A stretch of DNA of 51,559 bases. Source: Candidatus Aminicenantes bacterium (GTDB taxonomy: Bacteria; Acidobacteriota; Aminicenantia; UBA2199). Location of the stretch: NCBI GenBank assembly GCA_016934475.1, contig JAFGST010000010.1:1-51559 (forward strand). Reading direction: 5' to 3'. The notes under the pieces are model-generated. The model saw only the letters and a program-made list of their open reading frames with translations. It did not search any database and was not told the origin of the DNA. The translations under genes were made by a program, and so were the position numbers. The first letter of the stretch is position 1, and each line of letters begins with the position of its first letter. Positions 47,895 through 51,559 of the stretch are shown piece by piece.

Positions 47895-49310
47895 ATGGAG
47901 AGAACAGACAAAACCAAATCCGCCATTAAAAATGACTGGAAAGTACTTCTCTTGCTGCTTGTTCTGGCATTGGGAATTTTTACCCCCTTTGTGGGGAAAG
48001 GTTTTGTCACAGATGATTTCGTCCATATCCGGCACGTTCAAAAAGGCGGCAATCCTTTAACTATCTCCCCCTTTGGGATCTACCGGCCGGTTGTCAGTCT
48101 GAGTTTTTACATCAACCACAAACTGTTCCAATTGAATGCCTTTCCTTATCGAATCACCAACCTGCTGTTGCATCTGTTGGTGATTGTGCTGTTGTTCATC
48201 TTTACCAAGACATTTACCGGGGACCGTTCGCTAACATTCCTAGCGGTTCTGGCATTCATCCTTACTCCAAAAGCACACACCATGGCAGTCAACTGGATAT
48301 CCGGCAGAACCGAATTATTAATGGGAATATTCAGTTTACTGGCCATCATCAGCTGGCTCCAGTATGAGTCCCAGCACAAAAAAAGATACTTTCTTTTGTG
48401 CATGACAGGCTATTTCCTGGCGGTGCTGAGCAAGGAGAATGCCGCTTTATTACCGGCACTTCTTTTTTTCATCTCATCCTCCTGGAAAATAAGTAAAAAG
48501 CGAATCATCGAAATTTCACTGATGTTTTCTGTTTTGGGGGCGGTGCTCCTGTTAAGATATTCTTTGGGAGCATTGATGCCGGTCTCCGGCGACGTTCATT
48601 ACAATCTGCTGATTCCAATAGGAACCATCCTGGAAAATATCATTAACTACTTTTTCCGAAGCATTCCGTCGGTGTTTTTATTGATCCTGGCGGTCTCCAT
48701 CCCCATGCTGATTGCCGGTAACCGAAAGAAGGTGAAAGGGATTCAAGCCCATGGTTCCCCCCTCTCCATCAGATCGGTATTGTTCTCCTGCATATGGTTC
48801 CTGATGTTTATCATTCCGGTCTCCCCCATCAGGATGAGAAGTGAATTATACGTCTATTTTGCCGGTTTTGGATTTTGTATTCTGGGGTCCCAAATCTTGA
48901 TCAAAAACCTGAAGGCCGATTTTTTTACCAAAAAGAGAATCAATGCTCCCCTGATTGGGGGATTGGTTGTGTATATCCTGCTAGCAGGGGCCTATATCAT
49001 CAATGGAAATATTCAATTCCTTCGCAAATCACATTTCTCAAATCAATTTTTACAAGAAATGATCCGTCAAGTGGAAATTACCCCAGATAACAATTTTCTC
49101 TATATAAAACCGGAAGACCGGAACACCGAAAAATGGGTACAATATGTATTCCAGGGGTATTTTGACATTATCGTGAAGGTGATTTACAATCGGGAGAACC
49201 TGTCCGGCCGGATGGCGTATGAGGAAGATTTTTCAGATCACAAAAACAAAACCACTTATAAGGTAAAGTATCTCGGCGGGAAACTGAAATTTATCCAAGA
49301 ACTCCCCTAA
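47895..49310 (+). CDS. Low-GC multi-pass GT-C-fold glycosyltransferase-like protein (TMTC/ArnT/PMT-like)
   Basis: FVTDDF, YRPVVSLSF..NH.LF, YRITNLLLH, H..AVNWISGRTELL and LSKENA motifs; many TM helices; visibly AT-richer than flanks. Confidence 0.75.
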   Translation: MERTDKTKSAIKNDWKVLLLLLVLALGIFTPFVGKGFVTDDFVHIRHVQKGGNPLTISPFGIYRPVVSLSFYINHKLFQLNAFPYRITNLLLHLLVIVLLFIFTKTFTGDRSLTFLAVLAFILTPKAHTMAVNWISGRTELLMGIFSLLAIISWLQYESQHKKRYFLLCMTGYFLAVLSKENAALLPALLFFISSSWKISKKRIIEISLMFSVLGAVLLLRYSLGALMPVSGDVHYNLLIPIGTILENIINYFFRSIPSVFLLILAVSIPMLIAGNRKKVKGIQAHGSPLSIRSVLFSCIWFLMFIIPVSPIRMRSELYVYFAGFGFCILGSQILIKNLKADFFTKKRINAPLIGGLVVYILLAGAYIINGNIQFLRKSHFSNQFLQEMIRQVEITPDNNFLYIKPEDRNTEKWVQYVFQGYFDIIVKVIYNRENLSGRMAYEEDFSDHKNKTTYKVKYLGGKLKFIQELP

Positions 49311-49497
49311 TCAACCACCCGTTGAATCTCACCTTGAAAACCCTGGGGATGATTTATTTTTTAGGTGTCATCAATAAGTTTTTCCAGAACCAACTCCAGA
49401 CCCGGTCAATTGTTATCCCGCCGGCGGTTTTCATCCGCTCCCGCAAATCGACGTGGATCAGCGGCAATTGTATTCCGGAAAAAGGTCTTTGTCATGG

Positions 49498-49596
49498 AGC
49501 GAATTTCCGCCGCAAACCATTATCGTCGCAGGCAAAAACTTCCCGATCATCGCCCTGCACAAAACCCGACAGGCCATCATCGCTACCGGCGGCTTT
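49498..49596 (+). pseudogene. Internally deleted relic of the leuD/hacB-like gene
   Basis: EFPPQTIIVAGKNF-PIIALHKTRQAIIATGG matches EFPPQSIIVAGKNF and (GKIF)PVIPMPKARQAIIDAGG of 46352-46852. Confidence 0.85.
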
Positions 49597-49633
49597 GCCG
49601 AGCAATCACTAAATTTCCGACCTTTTTTCTTCG

Positions 49634-51559
49634 CTATTCGACCACTTCGACGGCCATTATCTGGTTCCTGCCGAAATACTGGGGGTGGTACATGCCCTGG
49701 GCCACCGCCGGCATCCAGGTGAAGCGGCCCGAGTACATGGCTTTGATGAAGTAGACGAAGCGCATCGCCCCCCGCATGGAGTAGGTATAGAAGACCAGGC
49801 GGTCGGCGAAGTTCTCTTGGCGCACCCATGGCGTGCGATAGATGCCACTGTGCTTGGTGTTGAATTCCTTCAGCGAGCGCGTCGTGGCGATATCCTGGCG
49901 CAGCAGCTCGAAGCCGGCGGCCAGCGGCTCGTCGATCACGCCGTAGGGAACCTCCTTGTCCGAGATGACCAGAAGCTCAACCTGGTAGACCTGGCCGCGC
50001 TGGAAGGCCTCCGTTTTCTCCCCTTTCTCGTTGTATACCTGGCGCTGGATATCGATGCCGCGGCTTTTCTTCCCGGCCCGGCCCAGCTTCCAGGTCAGCT
50101 CGCTGGTGACATAGACCGGCTGGTCGGCGCTGACCGTGACCTCGAACGGCCCCGGCCTCTCCCCGAGCGGCTTGCGGACCCGCAGGACGTCGCGGGCATT
50201 GGCGAACTCCTTTGCCGCCTTTTCCCCCAGCAGGCCGATCTCGGCCCTGCGCGCCGTCGTTTTCTCCACCTGCCTGAGGAATTCATCCATGGCGCAGAGG
50301 ATCCAGAAGTTGGTCTGGGTCGTATTCCAGCAGTGCGGCTCGGCCTCGAGGAGCCAGTGGATGATGCGCTCGGCCAAGACGTGCTCTGTCTCCACCTCGA
50401 GGACGGCCTGCAGGAGCAGCGCCGTGGCGAAGCGCGAGGAGTAGAAGGGGAAATCGCGGTGGTATTTGAATTCACCGGCATCGAAATAGGCGAAGTCGGC
50501 CTCGACCTGCAGGCTGTTGTTGAACTCGCCCAGCATGGTCTTGACCAGGCCGGCCTCGATCCCCTGTTTGTGCATGGCGCGATAAAGGAAAACCTTCCCC
50601 GGCAGGGGCAGGCTGTCGCGCTCGGAAGCCAGCTTCCGCAGCTTTTTGTTGTCGGCATTCTTGTGCAGGCTCAGCACGAATTGGTAGAAGCTTTCGCAGG
50701 TCTTGTCCAGGCTGGCCCGCTGCAGGTAGCCGGACAGCTTCTGCACCAGCCGCGGATCGACCTTGTAGTCGTGCTCCCGGGCCAGATGCAGGCTCCACAG
50801 CACGTAGGCGGTCAGGTAATCGGACGAATACTGGCCGCCGCGATAATATGACAGCGCTCCTTCACCGTTCTGGAACTCGGGGATGATCTTCAGATAGCTT
50901 TCGATCGACTCGCGGATCTGGGCCTGATCGAGGCCCAGATCCAGCCGCTCGGCCAGCTGCGGGCTGAGGGCCAGGAAGGGCATCACCTTGGAGGCCCGTT
51001 GCTCGAGGCATTCATAAGGATAGAAAACGAGCTTCTTGGCGATGTTGACCGCCGGCCTGAGCAGGGAGGGGGTGGCCGTGACGGCGATGGCCTGCGCCTC
51101 CGCATCGCCTTGCGGTTCGATCGTCTTCTTCATGGCCTTGCCGCTGGCGAAGTCGAGCAGGGTCTCGCTGACCAGGCGATCGGTCACCGGCAGCTTTTTC
51201 TCCAGACCATCCTTGTCGACGGCGCTGAGCGCATAAAAGGTGATCGTGGCCTCGCCGATGCGACCGGCCAGGAAAGGGAAACGGAACAGGCCGTTGCTCC
51301 TGGGGTCGAGGGTACCATCGGCTTGCGCCGCGCCGCCGACGGCGATCCCCTCGGGCTTGATCCACAGGGAGAAGGGGAGCTTTTTCCCGGTGCGGTTGCT
51401 GAGCTGCACTCCGGCCCGGAACTCGTCGTCCTGGCGGGCGAACTCGGGCATGGCCTCGGAGATGAGCAGGTCCTTGCTGACCAGGAGCTTTTTTTCGGCG
51501 CTGCCGAAGCGATCCTCGCTGTACGCCACGGCCATGATGCGGTAGGTCGACAGCTGGTC
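49634..51559 (-). CDS. Alpha-2-macroglobulin family protein, C-terminal part; 5'-truncated by window edge
   Basis: Frame open to the window end (DQLSTYRIMAVA). MPEFARQDD, thioester YPYECLEQ, SDYLTAYV, IDEPLAAGFE and GRFTWMPAVAQGMYHP motifs. Confidence 0.9.
   Translation of the reverse strand, partial: DQLSTYRIMAVAYSEDRFGSAEKKLLVSKDLLISEAMPEFARQDDEFRAGVQLSNRTGKKLPFSLWIKPEGIAVGGAAQADGTLDPRSNGLFRFPFLAGRIGEATITFYALSAVDKDGLEKKLPVTDRLVSETLLDFASGKAMKKTIEPQGDAEAQAIAVTATPSLLRPAVNIAKKLVFYPYECLEQRASKVMPFLALSPQLAERLDLGLDQAQIRESIESYLKIIPEFQNGEGALSYYRGGQYSSDYLTAYVLWSLHLAREHDYKVDPRLVQKLSGYLQRASLDKTCESFYQFVLSLHKNADNKKLRKLASERDSLPLPGKVFLYRAMHKQGIEAGLVKTMLGEFNNSLQVEADFAYFDAGEFKYHRDFPFYSSRFATALLLQAVLEVETEHVLAERIIHWLLEAEPHCWNTTQTNFWILCAMDEFLRQVEKTTARRAEIGLLGEKAAKEFANARDVLRVRKPLGERPGPFEVTVSADQPVYVTSELTWKLGRAGKKSRGIDIQRQVYNEKGEKTEAFQRGQVYQVELLVISDKEVPYGVIDEPLAAGFELLRQDIATTRSLKEFNTKHSGIYRTPWVRQENFADRLVFYTYSMRGAMRFVYFIKAMYSGRFTWMPAVAQGMYHPQYFGRNQIMAVEVVE

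Noticed and set aside
49322-49754. Short ORFs between the GT-C gene and A2M
   Set aside because: Explained by the leuD relic and antisense overlap with A2M; no independent coding evidence.

Overview
GC-rich bacterial chromosomal window with no rRNA, tRNA, CRISPR array or recognisable IS/phage element. The gene content fits an anaerobic peptide/amino-acid fermenter; an Aminicenantia/Acidobacteriota-like origin is only a guess. In order: 3' end of gyrA, tatD, a GAF/HD-GYP gene, then a convergent cluster of two atypical PEP-synthase/PPDK-like ATP-grasp proteins (one with receiver domains and followed by a metallophosphoesterase, one with a GAF-like N-terminus and a C-terminal nucleotidyltransferase) beside glutamate dehydrogenase. 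Next come clpB, envelope/sugar genes and a small XRE operon. A sigma54-type operon follows, encoding a REC-2xLrp/AsnC protein, a HydC/HydB-like (Bfu-type) module with a large Fe-S/GltD/Mo-ligand-less molybdopterin-fold subunit, and a two-component system; it is divergent from nfnAB. Then truA, rpmB, a C10 protease, pgpA, rimO and a PEGA surface protein. An unusual operon combines a beta-decarboxylating dehydrogenase with NADP signature, an HMG-CoA-lyase-family enzyme, a family III CoA-transferase and a LeuCD-type isomerase, with no synthase. The window ends with a low-GC GT-C gene flanked by decayed copies of leuD and of the alpha-2-macroglobulin 3' end, and the 3' part of an alpha-2-macroglobulin gene. 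Best candidates for undescribed biology: (1) the GDH-linked dikinase/nucleotidyltransferase/phosphoesterase module and (2) the synthase-less, CoA-transferase/lyase version of a 2-oxoacid chain-elongation pathway. Several genes appear leaderless. All calls come from reading motifs by eye; no searches were run.
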